A stretch of 64,000 nucleotides of DNA, taken from Candidatus Amesbacteria bacterium RIFCSPLOWO2_01_FULL_48_25 (GTDB taxonomy: Bacteria; Patescibacteriota; Microgenomatia; CAZETR01; Amesbacteraceae). Position 1 is the first letter of the stretch. Every line of letters starts with the position of its first letter. A program made the translations under genes and the position numbers. Below the pieces are notes generated by a model. That model was not told where the DNA came from and made no database searches. It saw only the letters and a program-made list of their open reading frames with translations. This document shows positions 27,201 to 35,966 of this stretch, piece by piece. The stretch covers positions 47,388 through 111,387 of the forward strand of contig MEXN01000007.1 in NCBI GenBank assembly GCA_001773695.1. Direction: 5' to 3'.

Positions 27201-28388
27201 TTAATATTTCGGCAGGAATTCTTTAATGTTGTCTTCGGTTATCGTAAATTGGGTGCCTTTGCCTTCGACCATGAGGCGGGCAGCTTTTCTGGTGATACCT
27301 TCGATAGTACGCTCGACAGAACGGATACCGGCGTCAAAACCCATGGGGCGAATTATTTTGGGCCAGACGCTGTCTTGAATTACCAAAGAATGAGGAGGCA
27401 GGCTGGAATTTTTCAACTGGTGGGGAAGAATGTAATCACGGGCGATATGCAACTTTTCGTCGTCGGAATACGAGGGCATGAGGATGGGTTCGAGCCGGTC
27501 CATGACGGCGGTACTAATATTTGCGGTGTTATTTGAGGTGCAAATAAACAGAACCTGGGATAAATCGAAGGGGTAATCCAGAAAGTGGTCGGTGAAGGCC
27601 ATGTTTTGCTCCGGATCGAGAAGTTCTACCAGAACGCCCATAATTTCACCGTAGGCGTTGGGCGAGACGCGGTCGATCTCGTCTAAAAGAATTACGGGGT
27701 TGCGGCTTTTTGCCCGGCGCATGGCTTTTATGATGTGGCCGGGCTCGGCTTCAGGATGAACCCGGGATTGACCACGCAGATCGAGGGCCGAACTCATACC
27801 GCCAAAGGGAATGCGGACAAACCGGCGATTTAAAGCATCGGCGATGCTGCCTGCCAGGGTAGTTTTACCGGTGCCGGCTAGACCGACTAAAAGCAGAACT
27901 GGGGCGTGAAAGTTGGTGGCGTTTTTTTGATTGAGGACAAGAACCGAAACATACTCCAAAAATCGCGACTTAAGTTCGTCTAGGCCATAGTGGTTTTTGT
28001 CCATGATTTGACGAATAAGGATCAGGTCCAGGTTGTCCTTGGTAACTTCGGTCCAGGGAAGATGAGTAATCCAATCAATATAGTGTTGGGCGGTTTCGAA
28101 TTCGCTTGAGTATTGGCCATATTGAGCTTGGCGCTCCAGCCGGTCTAATAGGCTCGTGGCCTTGGCTTCGAGTTCTTCGGGAAGAGATACGGAGTCGATA
28201 AGAGCCCTTAATTTGGCAATATCCGAAGCTAGATGAGAGTCTTGGGGCACAGATTTGATGATATCACAGAAATTACTATCTATACCGACGGTCCGATGAG
28301 TGACGACGAGGTATGGGAGCGGAGAAATGGCCGGAGGGTCTGGGCGAAGGCTCGGGGCGAGCTTTGGACTCGGGCCGACCTTGGTCAT
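27201..28388 (-). CDS. Lon-derived AAA+ ATPase module. Lacks the Lon N-domain and the entire C-terminal protease domain. Start codon uncertain: the track ORF overlaps pnp by 113 nt.
   Basis: Collinear with Lon from YIDWITHLPW through the AAA+ domain. Walker A reads GLAGTGKTT. Walker B reads ILLDEIDRV. The alpha-helical lid ends ...NIKEFLPKY and is followed by a stop. Confidence 0.75.
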   Translation of the reverse strand: MTKVGPSPKLAPSLRPDPPAISPLPYLVVTHRTVGIDSNFCDIIKSVPQDSHLASDIAKLRALIDSVSLPEELEAKATSLLDRLERQAQYGQYSSEFETAQHYIDWITHLPWTEVTKDNLDLILIRQIMDKNHYGLDELKSRFLEYVSVLVLNQKNATNFHAPVLLLVGLAGTGKTTLAGSIADALNRRFVRIPFGGMSSALDLRGQSRVHPEAEPGHIIKAMRRAKSRNPVILLDEIDRVSPNAYGEIMGVLVELLDPEQNMAFTDHFLDYPFDLSQVLFICTSNNTANISTAVMDRLEPILMPSYSDDEKLHIARDYILPHQLKNSSLPPHSLVIQDSVWPKIIRPMGFDAGIRSVERTIEGITRKAARLMVEGKGTQFTITEDNIKEFLPKY

Positions 28389-30465
28389 CGAAAATCATGC
28401 TCAAGCCCACTTTACCTTGGGAATCGACATCCGTCACCCAGACTTTAATTTTTTGGCCTTCGGAAACTACTTGAAACGGATCTGAAACAAAATCACGGCC
28501 CATTTGAGAAACATGGACTAAGCCGTCTTTGTTGGGGGCGATGTTGACAAAAGCTCCGTAGGGCTGAATCCGGGCCACTGTACCTTCGTAAATTTCTCCA
28601 ACCTGAATTTCTTTACCAATACCTGCTATCCAGGCCAGGGCCTTTTTGACGCCGTCGGCATTTGTCCCAGAAACAAAAACAGACCCGTCATCACGAACGT
28701 CAATTGTGGTTTCGGTATCGGCCATGAGCTTCTTTATAACTTTGCCGCCGGGACCTATGAGTTCGCCGATTTTTTCCGGGGGAATTTGAGTGGTACTAAT
28801 CTGGGGGGCATACGCTGACAGTTGGGGCCGGCTTTGGGGTAAAACGGCTAACATGGCTTCGAGAATTTGCAGCCGGGCGGACTTGGCTTGAGTAAGCGTG
28901 TCCTTACAAATATCCAGGGTTAACCCCGGGACTTTGACGTCCAGCTGGATGGCAGTGACGCCGGTTTTGGTACCGGCAACTTTAAAGTCCATATCCCCGT
29001 GGTGATCCTCGAGGCCGATGATGTCTGTTAATAGTGCGTAGTTCTTAGTACTTAGGGGGTAGTCGTCGGGCGTGACAAGACCTACTGATATTCCGGCCAC
29101 TGGAGCTAAAATAGGCACGCCGGTGTCCATGAGAGACAAAGTCGAACCGCAAGCGGAAGCCATGGAAGTGGAACCGTTGGAGGACATGATTTCGGAGACG
29201 ACGCGGATGGCGTAGGGGAAATCGGACTCGGGGGGGATGACCGGGGCTAGAGCTCTTTCGGCCAGAGCACCATGGCCAATTTCCCGGCGGCCGGGTTGAC
29301 CTATTTTGCCGGTTTCACCGGTGGAAAAGGGCGGGAAGTTGTAGTGAAGCATGAAGCGCTTTTGTTCCTCGCCTTCGGCCGACTCGAGTGATTGGGACAG
29401 AGACGGCGCGCCAAGTGTGGTTACTACCAGGGCCTGGGTTTGACCGCGCTTGAACATGGCCGAGCCGTGGACCCGGGGCAGTACCCCGACTTCGATTGAA
29501 AGATCACGAATTTCATCTAACTTGCGCCCGTCAGGACGAATGGATTTAGTTAAAATATTTTTTCTAATAGTTTTATAGAGAAGGTCCTCGACTATAACGG
29601 GGACTTGGGGCTTGAGGGCTACATCTACCGACTCGGAAAGGGAGCTTATGATTTCTGTTAGGCTGTTTCCCTCTTTGGTAGATGAGGAGGAAATATATTC
29701 ATCTATCATTTTTTGACCGGATGCGTGAATTTGAGTTACCAAATCAGCATTGAGCTGGGGGGGGGCGATTGATATTCTGGCCGGGGAGATCTCGGAGGCC
29801 AGGTCTGAGATGAGTTTGATGACATCCTGATTGGTGGCAAAACCGGTTTCCAGGGCTTTAAATACCAGGTCTTCGGGAACTTGGTTTGCACCGGCTTCGA
29901 TCATATCGATTAATTTGTCGGTGCTGGTAACTACTAAATCTAGCTTGGCGCCGAAACGATTGCCGTTTTCGGGGTTGACGACCAATTGATCATCGGGGGT
30001 AAGTCCGACGCGGACGGCGCCTACCGGGCCGGCCCAAGGAAGAGGAGAAAGGGCTAGGGCGGCCGAGGCAGCAATAATGCCTAAAACATCGGCATCGTTT
30101 TTCATATCCACAGACAAAACGGTGACGATAACCTGAATTTCGTGGCGGAGGCTTTTGGGAAAAAGGGGACGAATGGAACGGTCGATGAGGCGGCCGGACA
30201 AAATCTCGGCGTCCGTGCCACGGCCCTCGCGTTTGACCCAACGCGAGCCCTTAATGCGGCCACCGGCATAGAGCCGTTCCTGGTAATCGACCTGGAGGGG
30301 GACGTAGTCCTTTTTGAGGGCTTCGGCGCCCATGACAACTGTCGCCAATAGAGAAGTATCCCCATAACGGGCGTAGACAGCGCTGGTTGCCTGGGCAGCG
30401 TATTTGCCGACTTCAAGCGTGAGAGTCCGACCGGCCAGTTCAATAGATTTACTTACAACTTTCAT
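28276..30465 (-). CDS. pnp: Polyribonucleotide nucleotidyltransferase (PNPase)
   Basis: 729 aa with two RNase PH domains, KH and S1 domains. Basic C-terminal extension. Confidence 0.95.
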   Translation of the reverse strand: MKVVSKSIELAGRTLTLEVGKYAAQATSAVYARYGDTSLLATVVMGAEALKKDYVPLQVDYQERLYAGGRIKGSRWVKREGRGTDAEILSGRLIDRSIRPLFPKSLRHEIQVIVTVLSVDMKNDADVLGIIAASAALALSPLPWAGPVGAVRVGLTPDDQLVVNPENGNRFGAKLDLVVTSTDKLIDMIEAGANQVPEDLVFKALETGFATNQDVIKLISDLASEISPARISIAPPQLNADLVTQIHASGQKMIDEYISSSSTKEGNSLTEIISSLSESVDVALKPQVPVIVEDLLYKTIRKNILTKSIRPDGRKLDEIRDLSIEVGVLPRVHGSAMFKRGQTQALVVTTLGAPSLSQSLESAEGEEQKRFMLHYNFPPFSTGETGKIGQPGRREIGHGALAERALAPVIPPESDFPYAIRVVSEIMSSNGSTSMASACGSTLSLMDTGVPILAPVAGISVGLVTPDDYPLSTKNYALLTDIIGLEDHHGDMDFKVAGTKTGVTAIQLDVKVPGLTLDICKDTLTQAKSARLQILEAMLAVLPQSRPQLSAYAPQISTTQIPPEKIGELIGPGGKVIKKLMADTETTIDVRDDGSVFVSGTNADGVKKALAWIAGIGKEIQVGEIYEGTVARIQPYGAFVNIAPNKDGLVHVSQMGRDFVSDPFQVVSEGQKIKVWVTDVDSQGKVGLSMIFDDQGRPESKARPEPSPRPSGHFSAPIPRRHSSDRRYR

Positions 30466-30564
30466 TGATGCAATTCCGAAGCGTTCCAGAAGTCTGAAGA
30501 AGAGTGAAAAACTGTTCTTCGCACCTCTTGAACTGCTTCGCTTTGTAGGTGGATTATAACAGAG

Positions 30565-30834
30565 TTATTTAGATAATCCAAGTTTTTTAACTAAGGCTTG
30601 ATATCTTTTAAGATCTTTTTTCTGCAGGTAATACAACAGTCGGCGGCGTTTACTGACCATACTAATGAGGCCTCTTCGAGAATGATTGTCTTTTTTGTGG
30701 GCTTTTAAATGCTCGGAAAGCTTGACGATCTTTTCGGTTAGAAGAGCCACCTGGACCTCAGGAGATCCAGTGTCCCCCGCCCCCTGGGCATATTTTTGGA
30801 TGATGTCGAGTTTGGCGGTAGTAGGTAGAGCCAT
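30565..30834 (-). CDS. rpsO: 30S ribosomal protein S15
   Basis: 89 aa. [25 protein letters not shown] motif. Confidence 0.95.
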   Translation of the reverse strand: MALPTTAKLDIIQKYAQGAGDTGSPEVQVALLTEKIVKLSEHLKAHKKDNHSRRGLISMVSKRRRLLYYLQKKDLKRYQALVKKLGLSK

Positions 30835-30946
30835 ATGGCATTAAAAAATTAAGAGATAGGGCGAAAGAGAGTATCACAACTGAACCGTCTTTCGTTAATT
30901 CTCTTGTTTAGGATGGAGCTATTATACAACTAAATATAAGATATTT

Positions 30947-31171
30947 CTAGGACTTGGTTTCAAAAGGGGCTTTTAGGGCTTGGTAAAGTCTATCGAATTC
31001 CCCGTCAGTTAGATAGCCAAGTGCACGTCGGAGTTGAAGATTAACAATAAAGGGGGGTGAAAGAGTGGCTAATGCAGCGGATCTTACTTCGGATGTGGAA
31101 AAAACTTTAAGAATGTTATTTCTAAAACCTTGAATGTCAGCTAAAGTTTGGGTTTCCAATTGTTGTGTCAT
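30947..31171 (-). CDS. Hypothetical protein
   Basis: 74-aa ORF. A duplicated 3' fragment of the nrnA-like gene lies just upstream of it. Confidence 0.35.
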   Translation of the reverse strand: MTQQLETQTLADIQGFRNNILKVFSTSEVRSAALATLSPPFIVNLQLRRALGYLTDGEFDRLYQALKAPFETKS

Positions 31172-31190
31172 ACTTTAATGAATTGAGCTA

Positions 31191-31219
31191 TTGTAGCATG
31201 GGGCCGCGGTAGATTTTGG
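31191..31219 (-). repeat. Orphan duplicate of the last 7 codons plus stop of the nrnA-like gene (the intact tail is at 32465-32493), 28 of 29 nt identical
   Basis: On the minus strand both copies encode KIYRGPMLQ*. Confidence 0.85.
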
Positions 31220-31262
31220 TCGGTTTGACATAAGTCTATATGCAGTGTAGTATCCGGCTTAA

Positions 31263-31718
31263 ATGTTGGATAGATTGAAAACGGAGGACACACGGCTCAA
31301 AGAGGCAATTGCTTTGTACGAGCCGGTGAGGGTTTCCTTCGCGAGGCTTATGGAACAAGAGGGAAAGAGGATAGACCTGGGGTGGGGACATACTCTTATT
31401 ACTGGTGCTGGGAGCAGATATGTGTGGGAGTGTTCAGGGGTTCAAGTGGGTGGTGTGAAAATATCAATGGAGACGAGTGACGATGATAGGTTTGGTGGAG
31501 ATTTAAGAAGTGCGACACTTCACGTTGTGGTGTCTAGGGAATGGGCTAGTGAGAAGTTTGATCTGGAACCGACTGGGCATGTTGGAAGCGGGAGACTAAA
31601 CTCTAGGAGTGTGGGGAAGATGGCGGAAGATTTGAAAGAGCTGGCGGATGAAATTAACCAATACTTAAATCCTCGCAAAAACATTCATAGGAATTATGGA
31701 GGGGCAGGGTCGAGGTAG
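31263..31718 (+). CDS. Hypothetical protein
   Basis: 151-aa ORF on the opposite strand inside a minus-strand block. No family recognised. Confidence 0.4.
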   Translation: MLDRLKTEDTRLKEAIALYEPVRVSFARLMEQEGKRIDLGWGHTLITGAGSRYVWECSGVQVGGVKISMETSDDDRFGGDLRSATLHVVVSREWASEKFDLEPTGHVGSGRLNSRSVGKMAEDLKELADEINQYLNPRKNIHRNYGGAGSR

Positions 31719-31726
31719 ATCTAGCT

Positions 31727-31785
31727 AAAGTTCTTTTGCTAGATATTGCACCAGACATATACTCTTCCTGTGGGCGGATCTTCTC
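31727..31785 (-). repeat. Degraded duplicate of the 3' end of the 76-aa gene (intact copy 32232-32408). It carries an internal ~114-nt deletion bounded by a CTAGAT microhomology.
   Basis: An 18-nt block and a 41-nt block are identical to the 32232-32249 and 32368-32408 segments of the intact copy. Confidence 0.85.
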
Positions 31786-31834
31786 AACCAGCTTTCGTTA
31801 GTTCTCTTGGACAGGTGTGATTGTATCACCAAAG

Positions 31835-32179
31835 CTAAGCTTTGAAAAGATTCTTTACAAACACCTCTACTCTTTCGCTGGGTTCATTCGCTCGCGCGCA
31901 GTGAATTAGGGCGGCTGCAGCAAGAGCTTCCAGTTCTCCACTTATATTTTCTCGCATTATAGTTACTGAGTCGTACCCTTCTTGTGGATGATTTATAAGG
32001 AAATTAATACCGGTTACATAGGCGACAAAAGCAACTTCAACGTCAGGCATACCTTTAATTTTTTCTGCAATTTGTAATTGGTCGGGTTTGTCGTACCCAG
32101 CTAATTTAGCCATGTCTTCAAGATCTTGGGCAGTGACACGGATTTCTTCTTTTCTTGCGGGCCTACCTTTTCGTCTCAT
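31835..32179 (-). CDS. Hypothetical protein
   Basis: 114-aa ORF, flanked by a degraded copy of the 3' end of the neighbouring 76-aa gene. Confidence 0.4.
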   Translation of the reverse strand: MRRKGRPARKEEIRVTAQDLEDMAKLAGYDKPDQLQIAEKIKGMPDVEVAFVAYVTGINFLINHPQEGYDSVTIMRENISGELEALAAAALIHCARANEPSERVEVFVKNLFKA

Positions 32180-32229
32180 TGCGCAATTATAGGATATTTT
32201 TGGTTGTTGTCAATTATTGCAACCTGGAG

Positions 32230-32460
32230 TCAAAGTTCTTTTGCTAGATCTGGATAGATTTTCGTGAGAAATGGACAGTTCTTACAATCGTTGGTCTTTG
32301 GTTCATTCACCCAATATATTTCATCAGGAGTCAGGTGCCGGTTTATGCAAAGTGAGGCAGTGGCTAGATTGCACCAGACATATACTCTTCCTGTGGGCGG
32401 ATCTTCTCCAAAAAGTTCAGCGTAAGGGAACTTGTCCTTTTCAAAAACGAGCTGGCTCAT
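32230..32460 (-). CDS. Hypothetical small Cys-containing protein (possible Zn-binding)
   Basis: Start placed at Met (MSQLVFEK...), one nt after the stop of the upstream gene. Cys in WCNLATASLC and DCKNC. Confidence 0.4.
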   Translation of the reverse strand: MSQLVFEKDKFPYAELFGEDPPTGRVYVWCNLATASLCINRHLTPDEIYWVNEPKTNDCKNCPFLTKIYPDLAKEL

Positions 32461-32461
32461 T

Positions 32462-33367
32462 TTATTGGAGCATGGGGCCGCGGTAGATTTTGGGGGCGTA
32501 CCAGTCGGCGGGGGCGGTAGTAGTGGGGCCGGGAGTGTCTTTGAATTCGGCAACGGCTTCGGCAGTGCCCGGCGAGGTGGGAATGGAGCCGGCTGGGAAA
32601 TCTGCAGCTGAAATGGGCGCTTGCCTGCGGGCGCCACTCTTCATAAGCCGGGCGGCAGTTTCGAAAGTGCCGGCAGAAATGGCGGGGTGGGTGAAATTCT
32701 GGGTAGCGCCTTCTAAGCCTATAAATAGATTGGTGGCGGCATCGGCAGAAAAAGGAAGACTTAAGGATTCTATAATATACGTCGTGACTTCGATTAATGA
32801 AGTGGCGGTAGGGTCATAGAATTGATGGGGGGTGTAGTTTTCGGCTGGGGGGCGGGTGGTAAGAGAGACCAGCTGGCGGTGGGATTGAAGAAGATCGCGA
32901 CTATTTTCGTAAATTTGACCAAGATCCGAAAGACGATCGACTCCGACTAGAAAAATAGTATCGGCTTGGCTTGCTGGAATATATTTGAGTTTTTGATGAT
33001 CAATAAGGGGAGCGTCGGGTTTGGGAGAGACTACCAGGCGCAGTTCCCCGGACTCGATGTGGTAACTGATCTTATCCACGTGCTCGGTCTGTTCGGGAAA
33101 GGAAATAATTAGATTCCTACCTCCAAAATGGGTGGAAACCGAGTCCACTCCAACCAGGCGGTTAAACTCGACCGTCATGGGGTCGGGGCAGCCGACGTGG
33201 GTGGATTTGCCAACTTCGTCGCAAATTAGTTTCAGGGCCAGAGCAGTGGCTACAGCGTCAAGGCTGGGATTTTGGGGAAGCAAAAAGGCCAGGGATTGGG
33301 AAGAGGTGAGCAGACTCTTTAGTTGGGTAGTATCGGGATCGGCCATGAAATTAAACCTCGACGGCAA
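32462..33367 (-). CDS. DHH-family protein, NrnA-like but catalytically degenerate, with a disordered C-terminus in place of DHHA1
   Basis: Collinear with NrnA. It retains the conserved block NLFIGLEGATQNFTHP. The DHH position reads YHIE and the DxD motif is not conserved. The gene sits in the infB-(rbfA)-nrnA syntenic slot. Confidence 0.5.
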   Translation of the reverse strand: MPSRFNFMADPDTTQLKSLLTSSQSLAFLLPQNPSLDAVATALALKLICDEVGKSTHVGCPDPMTVEFNRLVGVDSVSTHFGGRNLIISFPEQTEHVDKISYHIESGELRLVVSPKPDAPLIDHQKLKYIPASQADTIFLVGVDRLSDLGQIYENSRDLLQSHRQLVSLTTRPPAENYTPHQFYDPTATSLIEVTTYIIESLSLPFSADAATNLFIGLEGATQNFTHPAISAGTFETAARLMKSGARRQAPISAADFPAGSIPTSPGTAEAVAEFKDTPGPTTTAPADWYAPKIYRGPMLQ

Positions 33368-34754
33368 TTATAAGATCGCCGGGTTTAAAGTCAATATATG
33401 GGCTGAACACGGCACCGAATTCCAAGCCAGATTTTACAGTGATGACATTGGATTTTCCTGATTTTAAGGACTTTATTCGAGTTTCTCCGACTAGAATGTC
33501 GCCGCGCATTATCTTTATTTTATGGGACTTGTTAATGACTCCCTCGGTGCATTTACAGCCTGCAATCCGGTCGGTGTTAATTTTGAACTGGGCGATTATT
33601 TGGGCTCGTCCGAGTATGTTCTCCACCACCGGCTGGACTATAAGTTTATCGATTTGCTCCAATAGTTCGTAAATGATTTTGAAGGAGTAAATACTAACTT
33701 TTTCGACTTCGGCAAGCTTGGATACTGAGGCTGGAGCTTTGACATTGAAGCCGACCACAATGCCAGCCCCGGACTTGGCGGTGGAAATGTTGGTTTCAGT
33801 GATATCGCCGGTACCAGAAGATAAGACAGTTACTGTTGGGGGGAGAGCATTTAATATAGCCTCTAAAGAGCCGGCGACATCGGCACGAAGAATGATATTG
33901 AGCCCGGAGGATTCTGTAACTCCCCCTGCATCCCCTCTTGATTCAAGAGGGGGAACTTTAGTGGGAAACATTGGGGCTGCACTAATCAGTGACCCTACAA
34001 CAGGTACTGTGTTTAGACCTAATATTTCAACCGGGGTTGAGGGGGGAGCTTGTTTAATATTTTGACCATCTGAGTCAATTAGAGCCCGGGCTTTACCGAT
34101 GACTTGGGCCTGATAAATTGCCGAACCTACCCGTAAAGTACCATTTTTCACGATAACCGTGGCTAGCGGGCCTTTTTGAGAATCCAGACGTGATTCCAAA
34201 ACTACCGCCGTTGCTGGAAGATCGGGATCGGATTGAGGGGGGTGAAGAGAAACAAGCAATTCAAGCATTTCAAGCAATTCAGGCAAGCCCTGGCCAGTTT
34301 TGGCTGAAATTGAAACCGCAGGAATTTTGCCACCAAAGTCTTCTACTATTACATTGGCTTCAGTTAATTGAGTCTTTACTTTATCGGGATTTGAGTCGGG
34401 CAAATCTGATTTGTTTAGAACCACGACGAAGGGAATGCCGGCTGCTTTTATAAACTCTATTGACTCTCTCGTCTGGGGCATAACACCATCGACCGCTGAA
34501 ATTACGAGAATGGCAATATCGGCAATTTCACTGCCCCGGGAACGCATAGCTGTAAAGGCCGCGTGACCGGGAGTGTCGATAAAAGTCATTAGCTTTAAGC
34601 TTTCAGTCTTTAGCTGGAAGGAGCGGATAGCTTGAGTGATGCCTCCGGTTTCACGGGCGGCAATGCTGGATTTTCGCAAGTAATCCAACAGAGTGGTCTT
34701 GCCATGATCGACATGGCCTAAAATTACTACGATGGGAGGACGAGGGATTTGCAT
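33351..34754 (-). CDS. infB: Translation initiation factor IF-2 (short form, G-domain onward)
   Basis: [21 protein letters not shown]. 467 aa. Confidence 0.92.
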   Translation of the reverse strand: MQIPRPPIVVILGHVDHGKTTLLDYLRKSSIAARETGGITQAIRSFQLKTESLKLMTFIDTPGHAAFTAMRSRGSEIADIAILVISAVDGVMPQTRESIEFIKAAGIPFVVVLNKSDLPDSNPDKVKTQLTEANVIVEDFGGKIPAVSISAKTGQGLPELLEMLELLVSLHPPQSDPDLPATAVVLESRLDSQKGPLATVIVKNGTLRVGSAIYQAQVIGKARALIDSDGQNIKQAPPSTPVEILGLNTVPVVGSLISAAPMFPTKVPPLESRGDAGGVTESSGLNIILRADVAGSLEAILNALPPTVTVLSSGTGDITETNISTAKSGAGIVVGFNVKAPASVSKLAEVEKVSIYSFKIIYELLEQIDKLIVQPVVENILGRAQIIAQFKINTDRIAGCKCTEGVINKSHKIKIMRGDILVGETRIKSLKSGKSNVITVKSGLEFGAVFSPYIDFKPGDLIIAVEV

Positions 34755-34805
34755 AAATTATTCTAATTGTTCTAATTAACCTGATTTCTAAACAAGCTCC
34801 AGTTG

Positions 34806-35900
34806 TCATTGTGGCTTGTCGTCATTTGTGACGGTGTTTTCTTTCTTTTCCGAGGTGCCTTTTTCTTGGAGAATGGCTTTGCCGTCGCCTTTGATGTCGA
34901 TATGAAGCCCAGTAAGTTTCCCGGCTAATTTGGCGTTCTGACCCTCACGACCAATGGCCAGGGACAATTGATCTTCTGGGGCGGTAACTAAAGCGACTTG
35001 GTTTTTCAAGTCGACTTTGACACCCAGACCGGTAGCGGGAGAAAGAGCTGAGGCAACAAACTTTTCGATGTCTTCATTGAACTGGATGATGTCGATTTTC
35101 TCGCCATTTAGTTCGCCGATAACCGCCTGAACCCGGACACCCTTTTGGCCGACGCAGGAACCGACAGGATCCACGCCGGATTGGTGGGAGTAAACGGCAA
35201 TCTTAGTACGAGAGCCGGGGTCGCGGGCTATGGCTTTGACCTCCACGGCACCGGAGTTGACCTCCGGAACTTCGCGGCGAAAGAGTTCTTTTATAAGTCC
35301 CGTGTCGGTTCTGGAGACGACTACCTCCCGACCCCGGGCAGTCTCACGAATCGATAGTAAAAGGAAGGTGAGGCGTTGGTTGAGGTGATAATTTTCGGAG
35401 TGCACTTGTTCGGAGGGGGGGAGCACAGCTTCGGATTTACCAATGTCCACCATTATTTCGTTACCCACGAAGCGGATAATCATGCCGCTTACCAGTGTGC
35501 CCAGGCGCTTCTCGTATTCGGCGACGATAGTGGATTTCTCAGCCTCACGGATTTTTTGGATAATGACTTGTTTGGCAGTTTGGGCGGCAATACGGCCAAA
35601 CCCTGGCGGGGTAACGTCAGAACGGGGAGAACCCGCAACTGGCTTGACTTTACTGATTCCGTCTTCTTCGTATAACTCTCCGGCGACTTCGAAAATGCGG
35701 GCTTCGCCGGTACCAGGGTCCAGTTCCACATCGTAGACGTGGTCTTCTTGGTATATTTCGGGGTGGTCTTTTTTGAAAGCGGCGACAATTGATTGCCTGA
35801 TGGCATCAAGAATTATTTGGGGGTCCAGATTTCTTTCATGGGCCACCTGATTTAGAGCTGAGGCAAACTCGGATCTGGCGGTGATATTTGATCTGGACAT
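34806..35900 (-). CDS. nusA: Transcription termination/antitermination factor NusA
   Basis: N-terminal domain, then S1 and two KH domains, with GxxG-type motif VGQKGVRVQAV. No C-terminal AR repeats. Confidence 0.88.
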   Translation of the reverse strand: MSRSNITARSEFASALNQVAHERNLDPQIILDAIRQSIVAAFKKDHPEIYQEDHVYDVELDPGTGEARIFEVAGELYEEDGISKVKPVAGSPRSDVTPPGFGRIAAQTAKQVIIQKIREAEKSTIVAEYEKRLGTLVSGMIIRFVGNEIMVDIGKSEAVLPPSEQVHSENYHLNQRLTFLLLSIRETARGREVVVSRTDTGLIKELFRREVPEVNSGAVEVKAIARDPGSRTKIAVYSHQSGVDPVGSCVGQKGVRVQAVIGELNGEKIDIIQFNEDIEKFVASALSPATGLGVKVDLKNQVALVTAPEDQLSLAIGREGQNAKLAGKLTGLHIDIKGDGKAILQEKGTSEKKENTVTNDDKPQ

Positions 35901-35966
35901 AATTGGCCGCAATAAAAAAGTGGGCCTTAACTCCCACCTTAGAATACTTAACCCGGGTTTATTATA

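Noticed and set aside
28276-28388. 113-nt overlap between pnp and the Lon-like gene as a real overlapping-gene arrangement
   Set aside because: It is more likely that the Lon-like gene starts at a downstream GTG/TTG codon. The track's start choice creates the overlap, which is treated as start ambiguity.
30880-32493. Classical mobile element (IS, transposon, integron) explaining the duplicated gene tails
   Set aside because: No transposase, integrase or attC-like sites are visible in the window. The repeats are reported as a finding but no mobile-element call is made.
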